DNA of 64,000 nucleotides. Source: Bacteroidetes bacterium GWC2_46_850. GTDB lineage: Bacteria > Bacteroidota > Bacteroidia > Bacteroidales > Dysgonomonadaceae. Under the pieces are notes generated by a model, which worked only from the letters and a program-made list of their open reading frames with translations, was not told the DNA's origin and did no database searches. A program made the translations under genes and the position numbers. The stretch is from assembly GCA_001768325.1 (NCBI GenBank), contig MENQ01000004.1, positions 14,058-78,057 of the forward strand, given 5' to 3'. Shown one piece after another: positions 28,508-37,587 of the stretch. Each line of letters opens with the position of its first letter. Within the stretch, counting starts at the first letter, position 1.

Positions 28508-29944
28508 TTACTCTGCCGTTTCCTCGTTTTCTTCGGAAATTTCTTCATGTGTATGATCTTCAGCATGTTCCCCATGTAGATGGGAATGCTCATGCATCAT
28601 TTCATTGAAATCTTTCGATGAGATTTCTTTTTCTGTCACCGTGACATTTTCTTTCAGCCAGCTGATGATCTTATCCTCGGTTGCTCTTTCATACAGATTC
28701 TGGATTGTTTCTTCCTTCTCGAGCAGGCTTTTTGTGTAGTTCTGCAACACATCAGCCGGCAGGTTGGTCATTCCATACTGGGCAAATTGTGCTTTGGCTA
28801 CTTCGGTAGCCAGCGCTTCAATGTCCTGGAATTCAACCTTGATCTCATTCTCTTCCACAATCTTCTGTTTGGCAATATGGAACTTGAGATCCTCCAGAAT
28901 GGCCGGATAATCTTCCTCCACCTGCTCGGCCGTTTTCTTGTCGTTCGATTCGAGCAGCCAACGTTTCAAAAACGCGTCGGGGAACTGTACATCTTTCATT
29001 TTCTCTACGATGATATCCTTTGCTTCGTGGATAAAAAGATGATCGGTGTTGGGTTTAAACTGATTGCTGAGCTCTGTTGCTACCCTGGCGCGAAACTCCT
29101 CTTCGGTGGTGACCACTCCTTCACCCAGGACACGGTCGAACAGTTCCTGGTTCAGTTCCGCTTCCTGATAACGGGTCACCTCTGCGATGTCGAAACGGAA
29201 ATCGGCATTCATCTCTTTTACGTGCTCTTTGGTTGTCTGCAACAAGGAAGCAACCTCGGCTTCGTTGTTATCGTAAGCACGCATCGGGTTGAAAACCACA
29301 CTGTCACCCACCCTGGCTCCGATGAAGCGAGTCTTCACTGCTTCTTCCTTCACGTAGGATGGCATCAGGATGGCATTTTCAATCACTTGCCCATTTTCTT
29401 TCTCCTGGTCACCTTCCATCTCGGTGAGTGTTCCCTTGATCAGGTCGGTATCTTTTGTCTCTTCCTCAATGGAGGCATAGGTGCCATAATTTTGTTTGTA
29501 GGCATCCATCTGTTTTTCCAGAAGATCTTCCTCCAGCCTTACCTGATAATAGGTCAGTTCGGTATTTTTATCGATTGGCAGGTCAAACTCAGGTGTAAGT
29601 GCCACGTCGAAATAAAATGTAAGAATCTCATCCTTGTCGAGATCAACCCGTTTCTCTTCGCTGTCGTCGGAAATGGGTTCGCCCAGGATTTTCAGTTTGT
29701 TCTCCCGAATGAAACTGGTCAGCTCGTCTGTGACAATCTTGTTGACCTCGTCAACCAGCACTGCTTTGCCATACATCCGCTGAATAACGCTTTTGGGTAC
29801 TTTTCCCTGGCGAAAACCAGGGATATTGGCTTTCTGTCGGAATTGATTCAATGACTTATCTACCTTTTCCTGATAATCTGCTTTCTCCAGTTCGATGACG
29901 ATGGTTCCGTTGACATCGTCTTTTTTATTCAGTGTTGACTTCAT
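28508..29944 (-). CDS. tig: trigger factor, with unusual His/Glu-rich C-terminal tail
   Basis: 478 aa with the ribosome-binding signature GFRQGKVP near the N-terminus. It sits upstream of clpP-clpX, the classical arrangement. Confidence 0.9.
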   Translation of the reverse strand: MKSTLNKKDDVNGTIVIELEKADYQEKVDKSLNQFRQKANIPGFRQGKVPKSVIQRMYGKAVLVDEVNKIVTDELTSFIRENKLKILGEPISDDSEEKRVDLDKDEILTFYFDVALTPEFDLPIDKNTELTYYQVRLEEDLLEKQMDAYKQNYGTYASIEEETKDTDLIKGTLTEMEGDQEKENGQVIENAILMPSYVKEEAVKTRFIGARVGDSVVFNPMRAYDNNEAEVASLLQTTKEHVKEMNADFRFDIAEVTRYQEAELNQELFDRVLGEGVVTTEEEFRARVATELSNQFKPNTDHLFIHEAKDIIVEKMKDVQFPDAFLKRWLLESNDKKTAEQVEEDYPAILEDLKFHIAKQKIVEENEIKVEFQDIEALATEVAKAQFAQYGMTNLPADVLQNYTKSLLEKEETIQNLYERATEDKIISWLKENVTVTEKEISSKDFNEMMHEHSHLHGEHAEDHTHEEISEENEETAE

Positions 29945-30162
29945 TTAGAATGCGTGATTTGTTTTTGTGGAAAGTCGGTTAATTTCAACCGATTGAATTA
30001 TTTTTTTTAAATAAGAGTGCAAAATTAGTGTTATTCTTTTAATTTGCAAAAAATATTTTCCTGGCTTTAGGAAATCGCGAGATTCCGGCAGGATTGTTCA
30101 TCCTTTTATATTTTTCCGTTTTTTTCACGCCGGTAATCTGTTTTATTTGATGGTGAAAACCC

Positions 30163-30170
30163 TATCTTTG
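30163..30170 (+). promoter_or_regulatory. -7 promoter box TATCTTTG upstream of the CPBP protease gene
   Basis: Exact TAnnTTTG match located inside the 5' end of the track ORF (start 30147). This argues for the ATG at 30189 as the real start. Confidence 0.45.
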
Positions 30171-30188
30171 CACTTCAAAACTGAAGAA

Positions 30189-31097
30189 ATGCAACCAATA
30201 TTCAGATCAGCTTCACCCGGATTCCGGATTGCTTTCCTTTTTTTACTGCTGTTTGTCGGTGTAATCGTGGCCGCTATACTCACCCGGCTGCTGTTGCTGA
30301 TTCCCGAAGTGGGTGACGCAGGAGAAGTCGTGTCAATATATGTGGGCTCCATCATGCAATCGGTTTTCGCAATCGGACTGCCGGCATACCTGGCAGTTGC
30401 TCTCACTGCGGACCGGCCAACACATTATCTGAAAATAAATAAAAACAGGAAGCTGGGACAAAAAATTGTCTTTGCCATACTGATATTTTGTGTCTCCTAT
30501 CCGTTTGCCTCCTTCCTGGCCCGATGGAACAGCGCCATGGAACTGCCCGAGCTGATGCGTGGCATTGAAGAGGTCATGCGCTCCATGGAGGATACCGCCA
30601 TGGAGACAACAGAGTTGCTGCTTTCCGGAAGTACAATCGGCTCTTTGGCATTAAACCTTTTTATCGTTGCAGCCATGGCAGCCATTTCTGAAGAGTTGTT
30701 TTTCAGGGGTGCCCTGCAACAGTTCCTGATGGAGAAATACCGGAACGGTCATGCTGCAGTATGGATCACGGCACTATTATTCAGTGTCGTGCATTTTCAG
30801 TTTTACGGATTCTTGCCGAGGCTGGTGCTGGGCGCGCTGCTGGGATACCTGTTCCTCTACACGAGAAACCTCTGGGTGCCCGTGATCTTTCACTTTGTAA
30901 ACAATGCCACCGTGATCCTGTTACGCTTTTTCTGGGGCGAAACCGAGTGGTTCAGCCGTGTGGAAGAGATGCCGGTTACCTTTTCTTATCTCACTGCTGC
31001 AATCGTGAGTGCACTGATTACCCTGCTTCTGTTTCGGATCTACCTGAAGAAAGATCCGAAACCTGTCACAATGAATAATATAACAGACTCATATTAA
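30189..31097 (+). CDS. CPBP-family (CAAX/Abi) intramembrane glutamic metalloprotease
   Basis: Polytopic protein with the family motifs EELFFRG and FSVVH...HFVNN. The start is moved to ATG 30189 (MQPIFRS...) because of the promoter box. Confidence 0.8.
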   Translation: MQPIFRSASPGFRIAFLFLLLFVGVIVAAILTRLLLLIPEVGDAGEVVSIYVGSIMQSVFAIGLPAYLAVALTADRPTHYLKINKNRKLGQKIVFAILIFCVSYPFASFLARWNSAMELPELMRGIEEVMRSMEDTAMETTELLLSGSTIGSLALNLFIVAAMAAISEELFFRGALQQFLMEKYRNGHAAVWITALLFSVVHFQFYGFLPRLVLGALLGYLFLYTRNLWVPVIFHFVNNATVILLRFFWGETEWFSRVEEMPVTFSYLTAAIVSALITLLLFRIYLKKDPKPVTMNNITDSY

Positions 31098-31673
31098 ATG
31101 ATACAGATACAGAATACACTTATTTCCGACGATATATTCGAAGAGCAGTTTATTTGCGACCTTTGTAAATGCAAGGGACAATGCTGTGTGGAGGGAGAAT
31201 CGGGAGCCCCCATTACCCGGGAGGAGTTTGAACAGATAAATGAGATTTTACCCCAAATACGGAAAGATCTTTCGACCAAAGCATTGGAGGTGATCGATCG
31301 GCAGGGGATCGCCTATACCGACACCGATGGGGAACTGGTCACCTCCATCATCGATGGCAGAGAGTGTGTTTTTGCCAGCTTCGATGCCGACGGTGTATGT
31401 AAATGCACCATAGACAGCGCTTTTCGGGAAGGACGCATCTCTGTTCAGAAACCAATTTCGTGCCATCTCTATCCGATCAGGCTGCATGAATATGCAGATT
31501 TTACGGCCGTGAACTACCACCGCTGGTCGGTCTGCCGGCCTGCTCAGAAACTAGGCCGCAAAGAAGGGTTGCCTCTTTACCGGTTTTTAAGGGAGCCGTT
31601 GATCCGAAAATTCGGTGAAGCGTGGTACCAGGAAATGTGCGAAGCAGCGGCGTTGCTCAAAGAAAAAAAGTGA
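31098..31673 (+). CDS. DUF3109-family Cys-rich protein
   Basis: 191 aa with an N-terminal FICDLCKCKGQCCVEGESGAP cysteine cluster plus later C..C/CH residues, as I recall for Bacteroides DUF3109 proteins. The ATG directly abuts the upstream stop. Confidence 0.7.
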   Translation: MIQIQNTLISDDIFEEQFICDLCKCKGQCCVEGESGAPITREEFEQINEILPQIRKDLSTKALEVIDRQGIAYTDTDGELVTSIIDGRECVFASFDADGVCKCTIDSAFREGRISVQKPISCHLYPIRLHEYADFTAVNYHRWSVCRPAQKLGRKEGLPLYRFLREPLIRKFGEAWYQEMCEAAALLKEKK

Positions 31674-31722
31674 GGTATTGATATTTTTATTACAATAGCT
31701 TCGGGATTTAAAATCTTTATTC

Positions 31723-31730
31723 TATTTTTG
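31723..31730 (+). promoter_or_regulatory. -7 promoter box TATTTTTG upstream of the TetR gene
   Basis: Exact TAnnTTTG match 19 nt upstream of the GTG at 31749. It overlaps the left arm of the palindrome listed next. Confidence 0.45.
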
Positions 31731-31755
31731 CACATATATAAATAAAATGTGCAAA
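31727..31755 (+). promoter_or_regulatory. perfect 9-bp inverted repeat TTTGCACAT-N11-ATGTGCAAA (candidate TetR operator)
   Basis: Arms lie at 31727..31735 and 31747..31755. The repeat overlaps both the -7 box and the start codon of the TetR gene. Confidence 0.55.
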
Positions 31756-32351
31756 ACAAAGTGACTTCAGCCATTTCAAAGACAAAAAATAATTTAATTG
31801 ACGTAGCCCGGCAGCTTTTCGCTAAAAAAGGTGTCGAGAATACGACGATGAACGATATTGCCGAAGCGTCCCAGCGGGGTAGACGTACCCTGTACACCTA
31901 TTTTAGCAGTAAAAATGAGATTTATAAAGCCGTTATCGAGTCGGAACTCAATGTGCTGTATGGTAGGCTGGAGGAGGTTACCCATCGCGATATTCCTGCA
32001 GACGAGAAACTTATCCTGCTTGCTTTTACCCGTTTAAATGCCATCAAGGAGGTGGTTACGCGCAACGGTACCCTCCGGGCCGATTTTTTCAGGGATATCT
32101 GGAAAGTGGAAAATGTACGTAAAGAGTTCGACAAGAAAGAGATACACTATCTGGAGACCATTATCCGGGATGGGTGCGACAAGGGAATCTTTCGGCTCAA
32201 GGATATCAGACAAACAGCCGAAATATTGCATTATGCATTCAAGGGGCTCGAGGTACCCACCATCCGTGGTGCAATGAAACTAGACTACAATAAAAAGGAA
32301 GACCGGGAGATTATTTCTGGTATTTTGTTCAAAGGGTTGTATGCGAAATAG
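31749..32351 (+). CDS. TetR/AcrR-family transcriptional regulator
   Basis: 200 aa with an N-terminal HTH (LIDVARQLFAKKGVENTTMNDIAEASQRGRRTLYTYF). The start is a GTG at 31749 or 31761 and is uncertain. Confidence 0.85.
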   Translation: MQNKVTSAISKTKNNLIDVARQLFAKKGVENTTMNDIAEASQRGRRTLYTYFSSKNEIYKAVIESELNVLYGRLEEVTHRDIPADEKLILLAFTRLNAIKEVVTRNGTLRADFFRDIWKVENVRKEFDKKEIHYLETIIRDGCDKGIFRLKDIRQTAEILHYAFKGLEVPTIRGAMKLDYNKKEDREIISGILFKGLYAK

Positions 32352-32413
32352 GATTCAGGTGTCAGCTATCAGCTTTGGTAGTGGAAGGTTGTGATATAGA
32401 GCGGTTACTAGGA
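32351..32413 (+). repeat. intergenic repeat family, copy B
   Basis: GGATTCAGGTGTCAGCTATCAGCTTTGGTAGTGGAAGGTTGTGATATAGAGCGGTTACTAGGA. Its first G is the last base of the TetR TAG stop codon. Confidence 0.75.
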
Positions 32414-32461
32414 TAAAAATTGGAGATAAGTTGAAATTATTATAGTATTAAAAATAATTGT

Positions 32462-33208
32462 ATGAAGTTATTAGAAGGAAAAACAGCGCTGATTACCGGT
32501 GCTGCCCGCGGGATTGGTAAGGCCATTGCTATGAAATTTGCAACGGAAGGTGCAAACATCGCATTCACCGATCTGGTGATCGATGAGACCGGTGAAGCAA
32601 CCGAGCATGAAATAGCCTCCCTGGGCGTGAAGTGTAAAGGTTATGCCTCCAATGCAGCCAATTTTGAAGAAACACACAAAGTGGTGGATCAGATCATGCA
32701 GGATTTCGGACGCATCGATATTCTGATTAACAATGCCGGCATCACCAAGGACGGTCTGATGATGCGGATGAGTGAACAGCAATGGGATGCGGTTATCAAC
32801 GTGAACCTGAAGTCGGCATTCAATTTTGTACATGCCGTAACGCCCGTGATGATGCGTCAGAAATCGGGTAGCATCGTAAACATGAGTTCCGTTGTGGGTG
32901 TATCGGGAAATGCCGGACAGGCAAATTACGCTGCATCCAAAGCCGGTATGATCGGACTGGCCAAATCGGTGGCCAAAGAGTTGGGATCGAGGGGTATTCG
33001 TGCCAATGCCATTGCTCCCGGTTTCATCATTACCGAGATGACCGGACAGCTGTCTGAAGAAGTGCGCAACGAGTGGGCCAAACAGATACCACTGCGCCGC
33101 GGTGGGACACCCGAAGATGTTGCGAATGTGGCGCTTTTTCTCGCTTCAGACCTGTCTTCGTATGTAAGTGGTCAGGTGATCAACGTCTGTGGCGGGATGA
33201 ATACCTGA
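32462..33208 (+). CDS. fabG: 3-oxoacyl-[acyl-carrier-protein] reductase
   Basis: 248 aa SDR with TGAARGIGKAIA, NNAG and YAASKAG motifs. Confidence 0.9.
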   Translation: MKLLEGKTALITGAARGIGKAIAMKFATEGANIAFTDLVIDETGEATEHEIASLGVKCKGYASNAANFEETHKVVDQIMQDFGRIDILINNAGITKDGLMMRMSEQQWDAVINVNLKSAFNFVHAVTPVMMRQKSGSIVNMSSVVGVSGNAGQANYAASKAGMIGLAKSVAKELGSRGIRANAIAPGFIITEMTGQLSEEVRNEWAKQIPLRRGGTPEDVANVALFLASDLSSYVSGQVINVCGGMNT

Positions 33209-33233
33209 TTCTGAAATATAAAAATAATGATCG

Positions 33234-33270
33234 GAGGCACACAGGAAATCCTATGTGCCTCTGAACTTTT
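33234..33270 (+). terminator. hairpin terminator after fabG
   Basis: GAGGCACACAGG-AAAT-CCTATGTGCCTC forms a 12-bp stem with one mismatch, followed by TGAACTTTTG. Confidence 0.55.
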
Positions 33271-33291
33271 GAAAGCATCTTGACCAATCAT

Positions 33292-33969
33292 ATGAAAGTC
33301 TTATACGAAGACAACCATCTTATCATCATCAACAAGGCGGCCGGAGAAATCGTGCAGGGCGATAAAACGGGCGACGAACCATTGTCGGACAAGGTAAAAG
33401 CCTATCTGAAGGAGAAGTATCACAAGCCGGGTAATGTCTTTTGCGGTGTGACGCACCGGCTCGACCGACCCACGAGCGGGGCGGTGATGTTTGCGAAAAC
33501 CAGCAAGGCGCTCACGCGGCTCAACGATATGTTTCGGAACGGAGAGGTGAAAAAAACATATTGGGCCATTGTGAAAAAAAGACCAGCTATGGAGGAAGAT
33601 ACATTGACCCATTACCTGATTAAGAACGAGAAGACCAACAAGTCGGTAGCTTACGACGTCGAAAAACCACATACCAGGCGGGCGGTGCTTCACTACCGGC
33701 TGATCGCCGCCTCACAGAACTATTACCTGTTAGAAATTGACCTGGAGACGGGGAGGCATCATCAGATACGCTGTCAGCTGGCTAAAATTGGTTCTCCACT
33801 CAAGGGTGATCTCAAATACGGTGCCGAACGGTCGAATCCCGATGGCAGCATCAGCCTGCATGCGCATACAATATCCTTTGTTCATCCCGTATCGAAGGAG
33901 AATATATCCGTCATTGCTCCAATTCCTGAAGATCCCTTGTGGAATGCCTTTTCGCAAATAAATCAGTGA
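33292..33969 (+). CDS. RluA-family pseudouridine synthase
   Basis: Contains the HRLDRPTSG catalytic motif and an N-terminal MKVLYEDNHLIIINKAAG. The track start at 33280 is a TTG, so I prefer ATG 33292. Confidence 0.85.
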   Translation: MKVLYEDNHLIIINKAAGEIVQGDKTGDEPLSDKVKAYLKEKYHKPGNVFCGVTHRLDRPTSGAVMFAKTSKALTRLNDMFRNGEVKKTYWAIVKKRPAMEEDTLTHYLIKNEKTNKSVAYDVEKPHTRRAVLHYRLIAASQNYYLLEIDLETGRHHQIRCQLAKIGSPLKGDLKYGAERSNPDGSISLHAHTISFVHPVSKENISVIAPIPEDPLWNAFSQINQ

Positions 33970-34026
33970 GACCGGCAATTTGACTCTTTTTCATTTCCTC
34001 CGTAACTGTAAAAATCCTATATTTGT

Positions 34027-34034
34027 GAGATAAA
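34027..34034 (+). promoter_or_regulatory. -7 promoter box TATATTTG upstream of the nucleotidyltransferase gene
   Basis: Exact TAnnTTTG match 24 nt upstream of ATG 34058. Confidence 0.45.
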
Positions 34035-34057
34035 AGTAAAATCAATAAACACAAAGA

Positions 34058-34960
34058 ATGAAACCTACATTATTTGTACTGGCTGCAGGGATGGGAAGCC
34101 GTTATGGCGGATTGAAACAACTTGATGGCCTGGGTCCTGCCGGAGAGACCATCATGGATTATTCCATTTTTGACGCCGTGAACGCCGGATTCGGCAAGCT
34201 GGTTTTCGTAATTAGAAAATCATTTGAAGCTGACTTCCGCGAAAAAATCGTCAGCAAATATGAGAAAAAAATACCGGTCGAACTGGTATTCCAGGAACTC
34301 GACAATCTGCCCGAGGGATTTACGCCACACCCCGAGAGGGTAAAGCCGTGGGGCACCAATCACGCGGTGATGATGGGAAAAGAGGTGATTCACGAACCGT
34401 TTGCAGTGATTAATGCCGACGACTTCTACGGAAGAGAAAGTTTTAGCGTGCTGGCCGACTTCCTTTCGGGTCTCGGCGACAGTGAGAACAGGTATTGCAT
34501 GGTGGGCTACCGTGTGGGAAATACCCTCTCTGAAAGCGGCACCGTGGCGCGTGGTGTCTGTGAGACCGACGCGGAAGGTAACCTCACTGGCGTGGTGGAA
34601 CGGACGCAGGTGATGCGTGTCGATGGCAAAGTGTCATATAAGGATGAAAACAACCAATGGGTCGCTATCGGGGATCATACTCCCGTGTCAATGAACATGT
34701 GGGGTTTCACTCCCGACTATTTCCGCTATTCGGATGATTATTTTGTACAGTTCCTGAAGGAGAATGCTGAAAATATCAAGGCAGAGTACTTTATTCCTTT
34801 GCTGGTGAATCACCTCACCGTGAACGGCCAGGTGACCGTGAAGGTGCTCGACACCCCCTCGAAATGGTTTGGCGTGACTTATGCCGAAGATCGTCCCGAT
34901 GTGGTGGCCAAACTGAAAGAGCTTGCTGAAAGGGGTGACTACCCCTCCCCGTTGTGGTAA
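34058..34960 (+). CDS. sugar-phosphate nucleotidyltransferase-family protein
   Basis: 300 aa with the N-terminal LAAGMGSRYGGLKQL signature of NTP_transferase enzymes. Substrate unknown. Confidence 0.7.
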   Translation: MKPTLFVLAAGMGSRYGGLKQLDGLGPAGETIMDYSIFDAVNAGFGKLVFVIRKSFEADFREKIVSKYEKKIPVELVFQELDNLPEGFTPHPERVKPWGTNHAVMMGKEVIHEPFAVINADDFYGRESFSVLADFLSGLGDSENRYCMVGYRVGNTLSESGTVARGVCETDAEGNLTGVVERTQVMRVDGKVSYKDENNQWVAIGDHTPVSMNMWGFTPDYFRYSDDYFVQFLKENAENIKAEYFIPLLVNHLTVNGQVTVKVLDTPSKWFGVTYAEDRPDVVAKLKELAERGDYPSPLW

Positions 34961-34997
34961 TATCGCCCGGGAGACGTTCACGTAAATATGTTACCCT

Positions 34998-36320
34998 ATG
35001 TGGATAGATATCATTATTGTTTTCCTGCTGATCCTGCTAAACGGGTTCTTTGCCCTGTCGGAGATTGCGATCGTCTCGGCAAAGAAAAACAAACTGGAGC
35101 GGGAGCGAAAACAGGGAAAGAAGGGGGCCCGGCGTGCACTCAGATTGCAGGCCGACCCCGACAACTTCCTGTCGTCCGTACAGGTGGGAATCACGCTGAT
35201 TGGTATCATCAACGGAGCATTCGGTGGACAGGCCTTTGCCGCCTATCTGGTTCCTTTCTTCAACCAGTTTACGGCTACGGCACCTTTTGCGGAAGCTATC
35301 TCCATGGTGATCGTAGTCTTCCTGATTACCTATGTCTCCATTGTAATCGGTGAACTGGTACCCAAGACTATTGCACTCAACAACGGGGAAAAAATGGCCA
35401 TCGCCGTCGCACCGGCCATACATGTGGTGAGCATCATCTTTTACCCCTTTGTGAAGCTTCTTGCTGTTTCCACCAGCTTTATCACCCGGTTGATCGGCCT
35501 GAAACCAAGGAATGAGGTGATCTCGGAAATGGAGCTGCGTGCCATGTTGAAAACAGCTTCACACGAAGGAATCATCGATGTGGAAGAAAACATCATCCAC
35601 GAACAGGTATTCTACTTCTCCGATAAAAGAGCCATTCACCTGATGACCCACCGCACCGACGTGGAGTGGGTGGACATCAGCAAAAGCAGGGAGGAGATCA
35701 TCCATGACTTGCTCCGGACAAAACACAGCAAGATTCTTGCCTGCCGGAAGAAAATAGATGAATTTACCGGCATCATCTCCATGCGGGATTTTCTGTTGCG
35801 TTTAAATACCGGTGAACCCTTTGAGATTGAAGACCTCATCATGGAGCCGATCATCGTGCCCAACACACTACGTGCACAAAAGGTGCTGGAAAACTTCAAA
35901 AACAACCACAAGTTTGTGGCTGTGGTTGTGGATGAGTATGGCAGCATCGATGGCATCATCACCATGCACGACATTTTCGAGAATCTGGTTGGCACAATAC
36001 CCGAAGAGACAGGTGACGCCTCGGCCGAACCGCTTCTGTATATGCGCGACGATCATTCGGCGCTGGTGAGCGGAGAAGCACCCATTGAGATATTGACTCA
36101 GCTGGATGAAGATTTCATCGTTGACTTCGACAAGATCGATTATTCCACCGTAGCGGGTTTCGTTTTTGCTTGCATCAATAAGATTCCTTATGTAGGAGAT
36201 CAGTTTGATTACGACAAGCTTCATTTTGAAATTGTGGATATCGATGGAAATAAAATTGATAAATTATTAGTAACAAAGAAAATAAAAGATGTTGATGAAA
36301 TAACAGGTAAGTTTGAATAA
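34998..36320 (+). CDS. CNNM/CorC-family protein (DUF21 + CBS pair + CorC_HlyC)
   Basis: 440 aa with an N-terminal 4-TM DUF21 domain (LNGFFALSEIAIVSA), a CBS pair and the C-terminal transporter-associated domain. Confidence 0.85.
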   Translation: MWIDIIIVFLLILLNGFFALSEIAIVSAKKNKLERERKQGKKGARRALRLQADPDNFLSSVQVGITLIGIINGAFGGQAFAAYLVPFFNQFTATAPFAEAISMVIVVFLITYVSIVIGELVPKTIALNNGEKMAIAVAPAIHVVSIIFYPFVKLLAVSTSFITRLIGLKPRNEVISEMELRAMLKTASHEGIIDVEENIIHEQVFYFSDKRAIHLMTHRTDVEWVDISKSREEIIHDLLRTKHSKILACRKKIDEFTGIISMRDFLLRLNTGEPFEIEDLIMEPIIVPNTLRAQKVLENFKNNHKFVAVVVDEYGSIDGIITMHDIFENLVGTIPEETGDASAEPLLYMRDDHSALVSGEAPIEILTQLDEDFIVDFDKIDYSTVAGFVFACINKIPYVGDQFDYDKLHFEIVDIDGNKIDKLLVTKKIKDVDEITGKFE

Positions 36321-36457
36321 ATGAATAACCACGGAATTTATGTTTTATAACACAACTTTTTTTTGGGTTATTTGTAAAATCTGTGTTAATTTTACACGAA
36401 TTTTATTCAAAGATCAATCTTCATCAATATCTTATTTTTTAAAACCAAGAAAATTAC

Positions 36458-37531
36458 ATGAACAAATTGTATAGCAAGTCCGGTTTGCTGGTTGAAGCTT
36501 TTGAAAAAATCGTCGATGGCAAGCAAACCGGATTATACACACTAACAAACAAATCGGGTTGCGAAGTGACCATCACCAATTACGGAGCGAAGATTGTTTC
36601 GCTCATGGTACCCGACAAAAAAGGTGTTTTCACCGACGTGGTGCTGGGTCATCCTTCAATCGATGAATACCTTACATCCCAAGAACCCTATTTCGGGGCA
36701 GTATGCGGCCGCACAGCAAACAGAATTGCAGGAGGCCGTTTTTCATTGGAAGGAAAAGAATATCCATTGGCCGTGAACAACGGTCCCAACTCACTTCATG
36801 GAGGCATAAAAGGGTACAATGCCGTGGTATGGGACGTAAAACAGATCACCCCCAACAGTATTGAACTCTTTTATCTGTCGCCCGACGGCGAGGAAGGTTT
36901 TCCCGGCAACCTATCGGTGACGATTATTTATTCGCTTACCGAGGATAATTCCCTTGAGATCTGCTACAGGGCTACCACTGATAAGACAACCATCCTGAAC
37001 CTGACCAATCATTCCTATTTCAACCTGTCGGGACAGGGTGATGCATCTATCGGTGACCACCTGCTGGTTCTCAATGCGGACTACTATCTCCCTACCGATG
37101 ATACGGCTATACCGTACGGCGAGGCTGCACCGGTGAAAGGGACACCGATGGATTTTGCCGAGCCGCATGCCATAGGAGAACGGATCGATGATGATTCTGA
37201 ACAATTGGTATTCGGAAACGGATATGATCATACCTTCATTTTAAACAAGAATAGGGAGGATGAATATGCCTACGCCGGTATCTGTGAATCTCCCAAAACA
37301 GGAATCAAAATGGAAATATATACAACGGAACCGGGTGTGCAGGTTTATACCGGCAATTGGATGACCGGTAATTTTGCCGCAAAACAGGGCAGGCATTATC
37401 CCCGGCGATCGGCCGTCTGCTTCGAAACACAGCACTACCCAGATAGTATCCATCAACCTGATTACCCTTCGGTGATCCTACGCCCGGATGAAGTTTTCAA
37501 CTCAAGAACAATCTACAAATTCTCAGTATAG
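36458..37531 (+). CDS. galM: aldose 1-epimerase (galactose mutarotase)
   Basis: 357 aa with NSLHGG, the catalytic-His region HSYFNL and the C-terminal CFETQHYPDS. Confidence 0.9.
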   Translation: MNKLYSKSGLLVEAFEKIVDGKQTGLYTLTNKSGCEVTITNYGAKIVSLMVPDKKGVFTDVVLGHPSIDEYLTSQEPYFGAVCGRTANRIAGGRFSLEGKEYPLAVNNGPNSLHGGIKGYNAVVWDVKQITPNSIELFYLSPDGEEGFPGNLSVTIIYSLTEDNSLEICYRATTDKTTILNLTNHSYFNLSGQGDASIGDHLLVLNADYYLPTDDTAIPYGEAAPVKGTPMDFAEPHAIGERIDDDSEQLVFGNGYDHTFILNKNREDEYAYAGICESPKTGIKMEIYTTEPGVQVYTGNWMTGNFAAKQGRHYPRRSAVCFETQHYPDSIHQPDYPSVILRPDEVFNSRTIYKFSV

Positions 37532-37587
37532 CACGGAAATGTTTTTATATATCATATTAAATTAACATACTAATAAATTTAAAAAGA

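Noticed and set aside
28787-29854. 355-aa plus-strand ORF antisense to trigger factor
   Set aside because: It is a shadow ORF of a highly conserved gene. The translation is low-complexity (F/L/H/G-rich) with no motif.
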